Made by a program: the position numbers and the translations under genes | From: Rhynchopus sp. YZ270_cl-10 | Taxonomy: Eukaryota | Assembly (NCBI GenBank): GCA_964035575.1 | Contig: OZ037833.1 | Location: 124,001 to 188,000, forward strand | Direction of reading: 5' to 3' | DNA length: 64,000 nucleotides | Shown here: one piece after another, positions 41,811-52,563 of the stretch | How positions within the stretch are numbered: the first letter of the stretch is position 1 | How the letters are laid out: each line of letters opens with the position of its first letter | Notes under the pieces: generated by a model | Told to the model about the DNA's origin: nothing | What the model saw: the letters and a program-made list of their open reading frames with translations, nothing else | Database searches by the model: none

Positions 41811-43012
41811 TGTTTTGTGTTTTGTGTTTTGTGTTTTGTGTTTGGTTTCGTAGAGTTACTGGGTCATGGTGTGGTGGGTGGGTGGGTGGGAACAAACCAT
41901 CACAACACACTCCGTAATGATTGGCGTCAGTTCAACAGCAACGATATGGACAAGCCTTTGAAGATATGAGTCACCATGGAGAGGGCATGTAAAAGACGAG
42001 GTCTGTTCTGTTTCTTTGTTGTGAACAATATAAGAAAAACAGCATAAATATACTGCAGCAATATCATACAATGCAGCGAGGCACAGCACGCCTCAAAAAA
42101 TGGCTTGGCTGAAAAATGCATCTGAGGCGTGGTTGAGGCAGACAAGTATTCCTGAGTACGCCTCAGCCACCTGGGCATTTTTCATGCGGCCATAGCCAGG
42201 CCGACTCAGCCTCGTTGCATATGATGGCAAATGGAAGAAAGAACTAAAATGATGAGATTTTTCTGTTGTTCTAAAGCAGTGCAATAATTAAGGTCATCCA
42301 CGAAACAGGTTGCCAAGGTATCAAAGGTGAAAAAGCATGAGTGGCTACTTGCCATGCACAGTGCACCATACAGTGGTATGTGCCTTCAGCCTGTTTCATT
42401 ACTGAGACACCACAAGGCAACGGCGTGTCAACCATGCAACGTGCAACACACTGCCACAACAAAACTATAAACAAAGAACAAAGAAATCCTTTCAAGACGA
42501 GTGTTCGTCCACACATCTTCAAAGTGGAGATGACAGGTGACAACAAATTAAAAAATATAAAAACACTGACGACGGCCGGGAACGTATCCCGAACTGATGT
42601 GTCGTACAGGTCGAAAAGATTGAGAAAAATATTGAAAAAGATGAACCTAAGCCTCGCTTAGAACACCTTCATACAATCGTTAAGAAAGGCTCTATTGTGT
42701 GCGACGGTGCATTAGCAGGCAAGATGCGAAGATACAAATGAACGTTCAACCCCAACTCTTCCTGACCTGTTGTGAGGTGTATCTCTTTCCTCTCAACAGC
42801 AGGAAGTAAGGGGAGACGGACGTATCTGCCGTATGAGGGGTGTGAGGCGATCACGCGAAATTGGAAGGAAAAAAAAGAGAAGTTGAAAAGTGCAAACAGG
42901 AAAATGAAATAATCATGGATAAGCGCTTGAACAGACCATGTGGGTGAGGTGGAAATGTGTCACAACTTGGGAAGGAGCGGGACAATGTGCAAGCAGTCTG
43001 CGTTGCACGTAC

Positions 43013-43714
43013 TCAGTGCTGAGGAGGGTACTGCCCCGTGGGCATCATCTCTTTGCCTTGGACCACGTGTGCAGTAGGAGCCACAGCCTCCCCATCAGCA
43101 GTGTTGTTTGCAGGGGCAGCATCAGTCCACCCAGTGAGGCAGAAGAGGAGGCAGTTCACGATACCAAGCCCAGCCGCAACAAAGATGAACGGAATCCCGT
43201 AGTTCAGGGAGCACTCAGAGAGGGAGTGGTCGTTGTCACTCGAATGGAGCAGCGAGTCGTCGTTGATGAGGTTCTTGTGCACTGCACCCAGCAGGATCGA
43301 GCCGCAGATCACCGCAAACAACGCTCCAAACAGGTGGATGAAGCCAGCAAACCTCCCCACAGACTGCGGCAGCATGCCCACACACGACGCAACGAAGAAC
43401 GTGATTGCAGACATAATGGCAAACGCCTGTGCTGCCTTAAAGAGTGTGCTCACCTCGTCCAGGTCCTTTGTCTTGATTTCCGTCCCTGAAATCCACTCAC
43501 CAAACAACATGAACGATTGCCTACCTCTGAACAGCCCTGTCGACGGCATGGGAAGCTCAGTCACCGCAGGCAGCGTCGGGTTCAAGACAATGGGATGGTC
43601 AAGGGACACAAAGCAAGCCTTCGTCACACTGTCCTCCGCGACAGCAGTTGCAATGATCAAGCATATCGCAATAGTGCTGCACACCAGCATCACGACGCGT
43701 GCAGTGGTGCACAT
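43013..43714 (-). CDS. Amastin-like tetraspan membrane protein, copy 2
   Basis: Four hydrophobic segments, with the amastin-type motifs F.AAQAFAI.S and YG..F...A..L..VN. ATG 43714. Confidence 0.85.
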   Translation of the reverse strand: MCTTARVVMLVCSTIAICLIIATAVAEDSVTKACFVSLDHPIVLNPTLPAVTELPMPSTGLFRGRQSFMLFGEWISGTEIKTKDLDEVSTLFKAAQAFAIMSAITFFVASCVGMLPQSVGRFAGFIHLFGALFAVICGSILLGAVHKNLINDDSLLHSSDNDHSLSECSLNYGIPFIFVAAGLGIVNCLLFCLTGWTDAAPANNTADGEAVAPTAHVVQGKEMMPTGQYPPQH

Positions 43715-45366
43715 TGTTTTGTGTTTTGTGTTTTGTTTCGTAGAGTTACTGAGTCGTGGTGTGGGTAGGGTGGGTGGGTGGGTGGTATGGGCACAAACCA
43801 TCACAATACACATTCAGTAATGATTGGCGTCAGTCCAACGGCAACGATATGAACAAGCCTTTGAAGATATGAGTCACATGGAGAGGGCATGGAAAAGACG
43901 AGGTCTGTTCTGTTTCTTTGTTGTGAACAATATAAGAAAAACAGCATAAATATACTGCAGCAATATCATACAATGCAGCGAGGCACAGCACGCCTGAAAA
44001 ATGGCTTGACTGAAAAGGCAATTTTTGGACAAGTTGGTGTGGCCGACTTTATTTCATTTAACACAATCATATGGGAGAACGGCAGACATGCGTGGTGTGT
44101 GTGTTCTATAATGTACTATATTATACACAAACTGAAATATGAGGTACGGTTATACTTTGCACACTGACGGCATTGGTAACAATACCGTAATCGTAAAAAT
44201 TGTGGACCGTAAAAATGTTCCAGTTTGCCAAAAAACCCCAAAAAGTTCCAGAATTTTTACGGTCCAACATTTTTTGGGGGGGTTTTTTTGTGTTAGCAGT
44301 TTTTGGTTTTTTGGTTTTTTTTTCCCCCCTTTTCCACCCACCCATCGCGGGTGGATTTTTTTTTTCCCCCGATGAAACCAGTGTTTTTTCTAGGATTTGG
44401 AGTTTTTGGCTGACGGGGGTGCACAGGGCAAAAAAGTGCGTATATATTTTTTCCCCGCGGTTGACCATGCAACAGGGGATTAAAAAGGTTTTGGGGTTTT
44501 TCGCTGAAACTCGGTCAAAACTCGGTCGAACCCGGGTCCCCAACCCAGCTCAAGTTGGGGGCCTCCGGCGGAATATGGGAATTCCTCAGTTATCCAACTG
44601 CGGAGTTCGGCACTTCATTGATATTTGCACTAGACACACGTGGCACGAAGTACCAGCCGGCGGTCATGGCACCCAAAGGTTCCTGGCGAAGCCACGGTAC
44701 GCAACATTTCTAAGAAATGATGACATAAAATGGCACTTTCGTTGGTAATTATCTAAAATGAAAGTTTCTGGCGAAGCCACGGTGCGCAACGTTTCAAAAA
44801 ATTGCGCTTAAAATTGCACATTTTTACAGCCAAACAGAGAAGAGCTACACTTACAGCACCTGGGACGCAAAACAGTTATGTTTGCAGCTACGGAAACGCC
44901 GACTCCTTACTTCCTGGTGAGGCTCGCGAGAGCATGATGGGGAAGGTGAAGGGGGGGGCCGCTAGGGGGTGCGTGCACTCCCTTGAAATCTCAAAAAAGT
45001 CTGACGGGGGTGCGCGCGCACCCCCGCACCCCCTCCAGAAAAAACACTGAATGAAACCAAAAACCGCTAAGTACTCGGCAAGCCAAAACCGAGCCAAAAA
45101 CAGCAAGGGGGGTAATGATTCGTTTCATATACTTTCAAAATCGAAGAGAAAAAGTACAAAAAAACGCAAAATTACCTTTCAACTGACAAAACGTGCTCAA
45201 AAAAGGGGGACAGAAAAAGCTTGTATCTACCACAAGACGATCCTATTGCAGACACAGTCTTTGTGGACGCTGTCTCAGGGCAGACACAAGCAATGCATCA
45301 ATACAACATATTGCCATTAATCCGTATTTTCTTTCCTTCGAAAAGTCTCTCCTTTTTAAAGATGCT

Positions 45367-45469
45367 TTAGTTTTGGGTGATATCAAAAAAGTGTCGGTTC
45401 TGTGGAGATCACTGAACCACCCATATCCTGTAGCACGTTGATACTTCTTTCCCTGCGTTGACTGCAGGA
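45367..45469. repeat. ~100-bp dispersed two-hairpin repeat (second copy 51779-51885)
   Basis: gtgtcggttctgtgga.atcactgaaccacccatatcctgta...ttctttccctgcgttgac.gcagga occurs in both places. Confidence 0.75.
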
Positions 45470-46216
45470 CATTAGCGTAACATCGCTACCAGGAATGGGA
45501 CCTTCTAAACAACAATAGTTGAATACGTACTGCGACGCACCACACCCCACTTTGGCCTTTAAGGGGGCTCGTCGGCAGGGATGGAGTGTCAAGCACGTAG
45601 CCCAGTACAATAAGAGAATAAAAAAAACCTCGCGTAGTCGACCCGAGACGCACCACTGCACGATGTGATGATGTACTTCGCACAAAGCAAAGCACACACA
45701 AAATGCTATTCGCAAAAAGAAGAACACAAGCTTTAGGAAAGGGGAAGGGACGATGAATAAGAGACATGGTATCTCCAAATAGGTGAACGCACAACAGAGG
45801 CTTTTTTTGGGGGGGGGAATAAACAAAAAAAGAACAGGCGATATAGTATCACTAATTCTTGTTCAGCACACCGTAGGGCTTCACGCACTCGGAAAAATTG
45901 GATTTCTCAGCGGTCATGGCCCCAAAGGTTCCTGGCGAAGCCACGGTACGCAACACTTCAAAAAATTGCGCTTTCAATTGTACATTTTGGGTGGGTTGCA
46001 AGCTTGCGCCGCAGGCGCACGGTACGCTACTTTTTTCTTTCGCATGCTTCCTTTTCCTTCGGTGTTTGACTAATTGAGTCGCGTTCTGGTTGTGACGATA
46101 TCACTTTGTTCATGAGGCCATTTCTGGTCTCTCTCAATAGATTAACATTTTCATAAAGCCAAAGAAAAAAGTCGTAAGATAACCATATTGATCTAAGTAT
46201 CTCATGATCAGCCACG

Positions 46217-46816
46217 TCAGCAGTTTTCTGTGCGGGGGCGGACTGCAGCGGCACCGCTGCGGCAGAAGATGAGGCAGTTCACGATACCAAGCCCAGCCGC
46301 AACAAAGATGAACGGAATCCCGTAGTTCAGGGAGCACTCAGAGAAGGAGTGGTCGTTGTCACCGAAGAGCGGGAAGTCCTTGAGGTTCTTGTGCACTGCA
46401 CCCAGCAGGATCGAGCCGCAGATCACCGCAAACAACGCTCCAAACAGGTGGATGAAGCCAGCAAACCTCTCCACAGACTGCGGCACGATGCCCACAAACT
46501 GTGCAACGTGCACACACGACGCAGCGAAGAACGTGATTGCAGACAGAATGGCAAACGCCTGTGCTGCCTCAAAGAGCGTGCCCACCTCGTCCAGGTCCTT
46601 CGTCTTAAGGTCACCTGAAATCGAAATACTACCCAACGTGGAAGATACCTCACCTCTGAACAGCCCTATCGACGGCATGGGAAATTCAAACATAGGCTGG
46701 TCAAGGGACACAAAACACGTCTTCGTCACACTGTCCTTCGTGGCAGCAGTTGCAATGATGAAGGATATCGCAATAGCACTGAACACCAGCATCACGACGC
46801 GTGCAGTGACAGACAT
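46217..46816 (-). CDS. Amastin-like protein, copy 3 (short C-tail variant)
   Basis: ATG 46816, intact frame. C-terminus RPRTENC is shared with copy 1. Confidence 0.85.
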   Translation of the reverse strand: MSVTARVVMLVFSAIAISFIIATAATKDSVTKTCFVSLDQPMFEFPMPSIGLFRGEVSSTLGSISISGDLKTKDLDEVGTLFEAAQAFAILSAITFFAASCVHVAQFVGIVPQSVERFAGFIHLFGALFAVICGSILLGAVHKNLKDFPLFGDNDHSFSECSLNYGIPFIFVAAGLGIVNCLIFCRSGAAAVRPRTENC

Positions 46817-47014
46817 AGTTTTGTGTTTTGTGTTTTGTTTCGTAGAGTTACTGAGTCGTGGTGTGGGTGGGTGGATGGGTGGGTGGTATGGGCACAAACC
46901 AGCACAATACACACTCAGTAATGATTGGCGTCAGTTCAACAGCAACGATATGAACAAGCCTTTGAAGATATGAGTCACATGGAGAGGGCATGGAAAAGAC
47001 GAAGGTCTGTTCTG

Positions 47015-47078
47015 TTTCTTTGAAAACTTGGTTGTATTAGTGTAGCCACCCTAGAGTGTGCTCCACTAAATTTCTTTG
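47015..47078 (-). mobile_element. 48-bp insertion flanked by an 8-bp target-site duplication (TTTCTTTG)
   Basis: Filled site tctg-tttctttg-[aaaacttgg...ccactaaa]-tttctttg-ttgtgaac versus empty site tctg-tttctttg-ttgtgaac in paralogous spacers near 42010, 43912 and 48968. Confidence 0.88.
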
Positions 47079-48069
47079 TTGTGAACAATATAAGAAAAAC
47101 AGCATAAATATACTGCAGCAATATCATACAATGCAGCGAGGCACAGCACGCCTCAAAAATGGCTTGGGTGAAAAATGCATCTGAGGCGTGGCTGAGGCAG
47201 ACAAGTATTCCCGAGTGCGCCTCAGCCACCTGGGCATTTTTCATCCGACCTTAGCAAGGCCGACTTAGCCTCGTTGCATATGATGGCAATGGAAAAAGGA
47301 ACTAAAATGATGAGATTTTTCTGTTGTTCTAAAGCAGTGCAATAATTACGGTCATCCACGAAACAGGTTGCCAAGGTATCAAAGGTGAAAAAGCATGAGT
47401 GGCTACTTGCCATTCACAGCACAACACACAGTGGTATGTGCCTTCAGCCTGTTTCATTACTGAGACACCACAAGGCAACGGCGTGTCAACCATGCAACAT
47501 GAAACACACTGCCACAACAAAACTATAAACAAAGAACAAACAAATCCTTGCAAGACGAGTGTTCGTACACACATCTTCAAAGTGGAGATGACAGGTGACA
47601 ACAAATTAAAAAATATAAAAACACTGACGACGGCCGGGAACGTATCCCGAACTGATGTGTCGTACAGGTCGAAAAGATTGAGAAAAATATTGAAAAAGAT
47701 GAACCTAAGCCTCGCTTAGAACACCTTCATACAATCGTTAAGAAAGGCTCTATTGTGTGCGACGGTGCATTAGCAGGCAAGATGCGAAGATACAAATGAA
47801 CGTTCAACCCCAACTCTTCCTGACCTGTTGTGAGGTGTATCTCTTTCCTCTCAACAGCAGGAAGTAAGGGGAGACGGACGTATCTGCCGTATGAGGGGTG
47901 TGAGGCGATCACGCGAAATTGGAAGGAAAAAAAGAGAAGTTGAAAAGTGCAAACAGGAAAATAACATAATCATGGATAAGCGCTTGAACAGACCATGTGG
48001 GTGGGGTGGAAATGTGTCACAACTTGGGAAGGAGCGGGACAATGTGCAAGCAGTCTGCGTTGCACGTAC

Positions 48070-48771
48070 TCAGTGCTGAGGGGGGTACTGCCCCGTGGGC
48101 ATCATCTCTTTGCCTTGGACCACGTGTGCAGTAGGAGCCACAGCCTCCCCATCAGCAGTGTTGTTTGCAGGGGCAGCATCAGTCCACCCAGTGAGGCAGA
48201 AGAGGAGGCAGTTCACGATACCAAGCCCAGCCGCAACAAAGATGAACGGAATCCCGTAGTTCAGGGAGCACTCAGAGAGGGAGTGGTCGTTGTCACTCGA
48301 ATGGAGCAGCGAGTCGTCGTTGATGAGGTTCTTGTGCACTGCACCCAGCAGGATCGAGCCGCAGATCACCGCAAACAACGCTCCAAACAGGTGGATGAAG
48401 CCAGCAAACCTCCCCACAGACTGCGGCAGCATGCCCACACACGACGCAGCGAAGAACGTGATTGCAGACATAATGGCAAACGCCTGTGCTGCCTTAAAGA
48501 GCGTGCTCACCTCGTCCAGGTCCTTTGTCTTGATTTCCGTCCCTGAAATCCACTCACCAAACAACATGAACGATTGCCTACCTCTGAACAGCCCTGTCGA
48601 CGGCATGGGAAGTTCAGTCACCACAGGCAGCGTCGGGTTCAAGACAATGGGATGGTCAAGGGACACAAAGCAAGCCTTCGTCACACTGTTCTCCGCGGCA
48701 GCAGTTGCAATGATCAAGCATATCGCAATAGTGCTGCACACCAGCATCACGACGCGTGCAGTGGTGCACAT
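48070..48771 (-). CDS. Amastin-like protein, copy 4
   Basis: Nearly identical to copy 2. ATG 48771. Confidence 0.85.
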   Translation of the reverse strand: MCTTARVVMLVCSTIAICLIIATAAAENSVTKACFVSLDHPIVLNPTLPVVTELPMPSTGLFRGRQSFMLFGEWISGTEIKTKDLDEVSTLFKAAQAFAIMSAITFFAASCVGMLPQSVGRFAGFIHLFGALFAVICGSILLGAVHKNLINDDSLLHSSDNDHSLSECSLNYGIPFIFVAAGLGIVNCLLFCLTGWTDAAPANNTADGEAVAPTAHVVQGKEMMPTGQYPPQH

Positions 48772-50049
48772 TGTTTTGTGTTTTGTGTTTTGTTTCGTAG
48801 AGTTACTGAGTCGTGGTGTGGGTGGGTGGGTGGGTGGGTGGTATGGCACAAACCATCACAATACACACTCAGTAATGATTGGCGTCAGTTCAACAGCAAC
48901 GATATGAACAAGCCTTTGAAGATATGAGTCACATGGAGAGGGCATGGAAAAGACGAAGGTCTGTTCTGTTTCTTTGTTGTGAACAATATAAGAAAAACAG
49001 CATAAATATACTGCAGCAATATCATACAATGCAGCGAGGCACAGCACGCCTGAAAAATGGCTTGGGTGAAAAATGCATCTGAGGCGTGGCTGATGCAGAC
49101 AAGTATTCCCGAGTGCGCCTCAGCCACGTCTGAGTATTTTTCATCCGGCCTCAGTGAGGCCGACTGAGCCTCGTTGCATATGATGGCCTATGGGAGAAGG
49201 AACTAAAATTATTGGCATTTTTAGGCATTTTCTGTTGTTGCAAAATCGGTGCAATGATTACGGTCATTCACGAAACACGTTGCCAAGGTATCAAAGGTGA
49301 AAAAGCATTGGGCATGCACAGTGCACCACACAGTGATATGTGCCTTCAGCCTGTTTCATTACTGAGACACCACAAGGCAACGGCGTGTCAACCATGCAAC
49401 GTGCAACACACTGCCACAACAAAACTATAAACAAAGAACAAAGAAATCCTTGCAAGACGAGTGTTCATGCACACATCTTCAAACTTGAGGTGGACAGAAT
49501 ATAATAAATTTACAAAAAACACACACACACACACTGACGACGGCCGGGAAAGTATCCCGAAAGTGATGTGTCGTACAGGTTGAAAAGATTGAAAGAAAAG
49601 AAAACTTGGAAGATAAATGTGCCTCGTGCATGCACATCTCAAAATATTGAAAAAGATGAACCTAAGCCTCGCTTAGAACACCTTCATACAATCGTTAAGA
49701 AAGGCTCTATTGTGTGCGACGGTGCATTAGCAGGCAAGATGCGAAGATACAAATGAACGTTCAACCCCAACTCTTCCTGACCTGTTTTGATGTGTATCTC
49801 TTTCCTCTCAACAGTAGGGTAGATAGTAAAGGGAGATGAACGCATCTGCCGTCTCAGGGGTGTGGACAGTTTTGCCGCTGATGCGATCACGTGAAATTGG
49901 AAGGAAAAAAAGAGAGGTTGAAAAGTGCAAACAGGAAAATATAATAATCATGGATAAGTGTTTTCAACAGACCATGTGGGTGGTGGGGGAAATGTGTAGC
50001 AACTTGGGAAGGTGCGGGACAATGTGCAAGCAATCTGCGTTGTACGTAT

Positions 50050-50760
50050 CTAGAACTGGGAAGGGTACTCCTTCGTGGGCATCATCTCTTTGCCTTGGAC
50101 AACGTGCGTAGTAGGAGCCACAGCCTCCCCATCAGCAGTGTTGTTTGCAGGGGCAGCATCAGTCCACCCAGTGAGGCAGAAGAGGAGGCAGTTCACGATA
50201 CCAAGCCCAGCCGCAACAAAGATGAACGGAATCCCGTAGTTCAGGGAGCACTCAGAGAGGGAGTGTTCTCTGTCATCCGCATGGAACTGTGAGTCGTCGT
50301 TGATGAGGTTCTTGTGCACTGCACCCAGCAGGATCGAGCCGCAGATCACCGCAAACAACGCTCCAAACAGGTGGATGAAGCCAGCAAACCTCCCCACAGA
50401 CTGCGGCACGATGCCCACAAACTGTGCAACGTGCACACACGACGCAGCGAAGAACGTAATTGCAGACAGAATGGCAAACGCCTGTGCTGCCTCAAAGAGC
50501 GTGCTCACCTCGTCCAGGTCCTTTGTTTTAATGTCCTGTGAAAACGAGTGACCACCATACACGAGCGATATCTTACCTCTGAACAGCCCTGTCGCCGGCA
50601 TGGGAAGCTCAGCCAACGCAGGCAGCATCGCGTGCGGATGGTTAAGGGACACAGAGCAAGCCTTAGTCACACTGTCCTTCGTGGCAGAGGTTGCGATGAT
50701 GAAGCATATCGCAATAGCACTGAACACCAGAAGCAGCAAGCGTGCGACGATTGCGACCAT
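50050..50760 (-). CDS. Amastin-like protein, copy 5
   Basis: ATG 50760 (MVAIVARLL), intact frame, same motifs. Confidence 0.85.
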   Translation of the reverse strand: MVAIVARLLLLVFSAIAICFIIATSATKDSVTKACSVSLNHPHAMLPALAELPMPATGLFRGKISLVYGGHSFSQDIKTKDLDEVSTLFEAAQAFAILSAITFFAASCVHVAQFVGIVPQSVGRFAGFIHLFGALFAVICGSILLGAVHKNLINDDSQFHADDREHSLSECSLNYGIPFIFVAAGLGIVNCLLFCLTGWTDAAPANNTADGEAVAPTTHVVQGKEMMPTKEYPSQF

Positions 50761-50863
50761 TTCTTCTTCTTCTTTTATTTTTTGTAATAGGTTACTGAGT
50801 GGTGGTGTGGACAGGGGTGCGTGCGAAGGTTCGACAAACATACATCTGATGTGAGATCACAAT

Positions 50864-51660
50864 AGACACTAGGGTAGAAGGGGGGCAGCATTTTTATTCC
50901 ATTTTTCATTGCGAATTCAGGCACAGACTGGGTAGGGAAGGGACCGAGGTCTCTTCCCTACTTAGTGGGCCATTTTGACAGGGGGGAAGATATGGGTAGA
51001 AAAGATAGAGTGCAAAACGTCTGATATGCAGCCAGTGAGACTCCGTGGGGTTATCGAACACCCTCTTCGGACTATGGTGTTTTGCAGGGAGAAAGAGGAA
51101 AAACAAAGGAAAGTTCTAAGCCGAATGTGCTCCTTTTGCACATCCTTCTAAATGCAGCAAAAAAAAGACAGTCAGTGACTGACACGTCTTTCAAAACAAC
51201 CGAACCATGTCCGGAAGAAATGGGGTGGGGTGCAGTGGGTGGGACGAGCAAATTATGAAACGATAAAAAAAAACATGGCGGCCAAGGCACACAAAGTGCT
51301 GGGTCCAGTTCACCACTGTCGTTGGGCTCGCTCGATCTCAAGGAGACTCAACTGCGTGGGTGGACACGTGTGACTCTGTAGTCCCAAAGAAAAGGGGATT
51401 CGTAAGAGATCACAAGGCATGCCAATGAGAGAAGACGTGACTTCAGAAAGGCTTGTGTGCCTCACTGGTCACGTGGAACAGGAAAAGAAAACAGAAGAGA
51501 ACTCAATTGAATCCGGGTCTTGCCATGATTCACATGAGCGAAGTGATTGGATGGCGCGGGTCGTCTACTATAGCCTATCAGGGCTGGGGCCCGCAGATGC
51601 ACCCCAGCCTTTTTCATCCCACTGAAGGGGTGACGTAGCCCGAGGTTAGCAGCGCGTGTG
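50864..51660. repeat. ~650-800-bp intergenic module, copy 1 of 5 (others start near 56623, 58742, 61515, 63507)
   Basis: Shared blocks agacactagggt, gactgggtagggaagg, gtgcaaaacgtct, catggcggccaaggcacacaaag and gggtcttgccatgattc. The last copy runs off the window end. Confidence 0.92.
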
Positions 51661-52563
51661 CATAAAAAAAGGAAAGAAGAAGAAGAAAAAAAGAAAAGAC
51701 AACTTGCGAGATGAATGTGCCTCTCACATATTTTCTTTCCTTACTTCAAAAACTCTCTCTTTTTTAATTTCTAATTATTTGGTTTTGGTTGAGACACATC
51801 AATGGTGTCGGTTCTGTGGAATCACTGAACCACCCATATCCTGTATCACATCGTTGATTATTCTTTCCCTGCGTTGACCGCAGGAAAGTTCGCGAGCTAT
51901 CGCCGATTTTTAAAAAAGATGAAAAGCAGAGAGTTAAAAAAGGAGAAGAACAGCAAAAAAACGTTGTGTGAAAAAGTTTTTTCTGTCAAGTGTTTTTGTG
52001 CGTTAGCGGAGAAGAAAACAGTTTCCGATAAAAAGCTCCTGCGTCGGTTTTCTCTTTCACATAAAAAATTGAAACCGCACTCCTACTTGTTCCTTTTTCT
52101 GTGTTTCCCCACCCGCAAACAATAATACAATAAAGACAAAAAGGAGAGGTTGTGGTGAAACGCACACACCTCAACCTGTCGGTGAAATGTGGCTCTGCTC
52201 CCACCCGCCCCAGATTGGAAAAAATGGAAGGGAGGGGTACGGTGTTCAATTTTCTGTTAGCATTGCATGGAATCATATAAAATTATTTTTGGGTTGAGTC
52301 ATAGACCGGAGCGTGTCCTGCCATTGCTTTTTTTGAAAGGACATCTAAATAAAAAACAAAACAAATCTTGACTGATAAAAGCACGTCATTGTTACCACAA
52401 ACAATGCAGCGGGGAATAAACAACACAGACTAATGACTCACACCCTATCAGGACCACTAGGTCCCGAAATGAATGTCTCCGCACCTGTTCTATGTTTATT
52501 CATCAGGGGCGGCTTTGCCATGTACCATAAAAAGCAAGCCGTGTACTCCAAGTCAAGCAAGCC

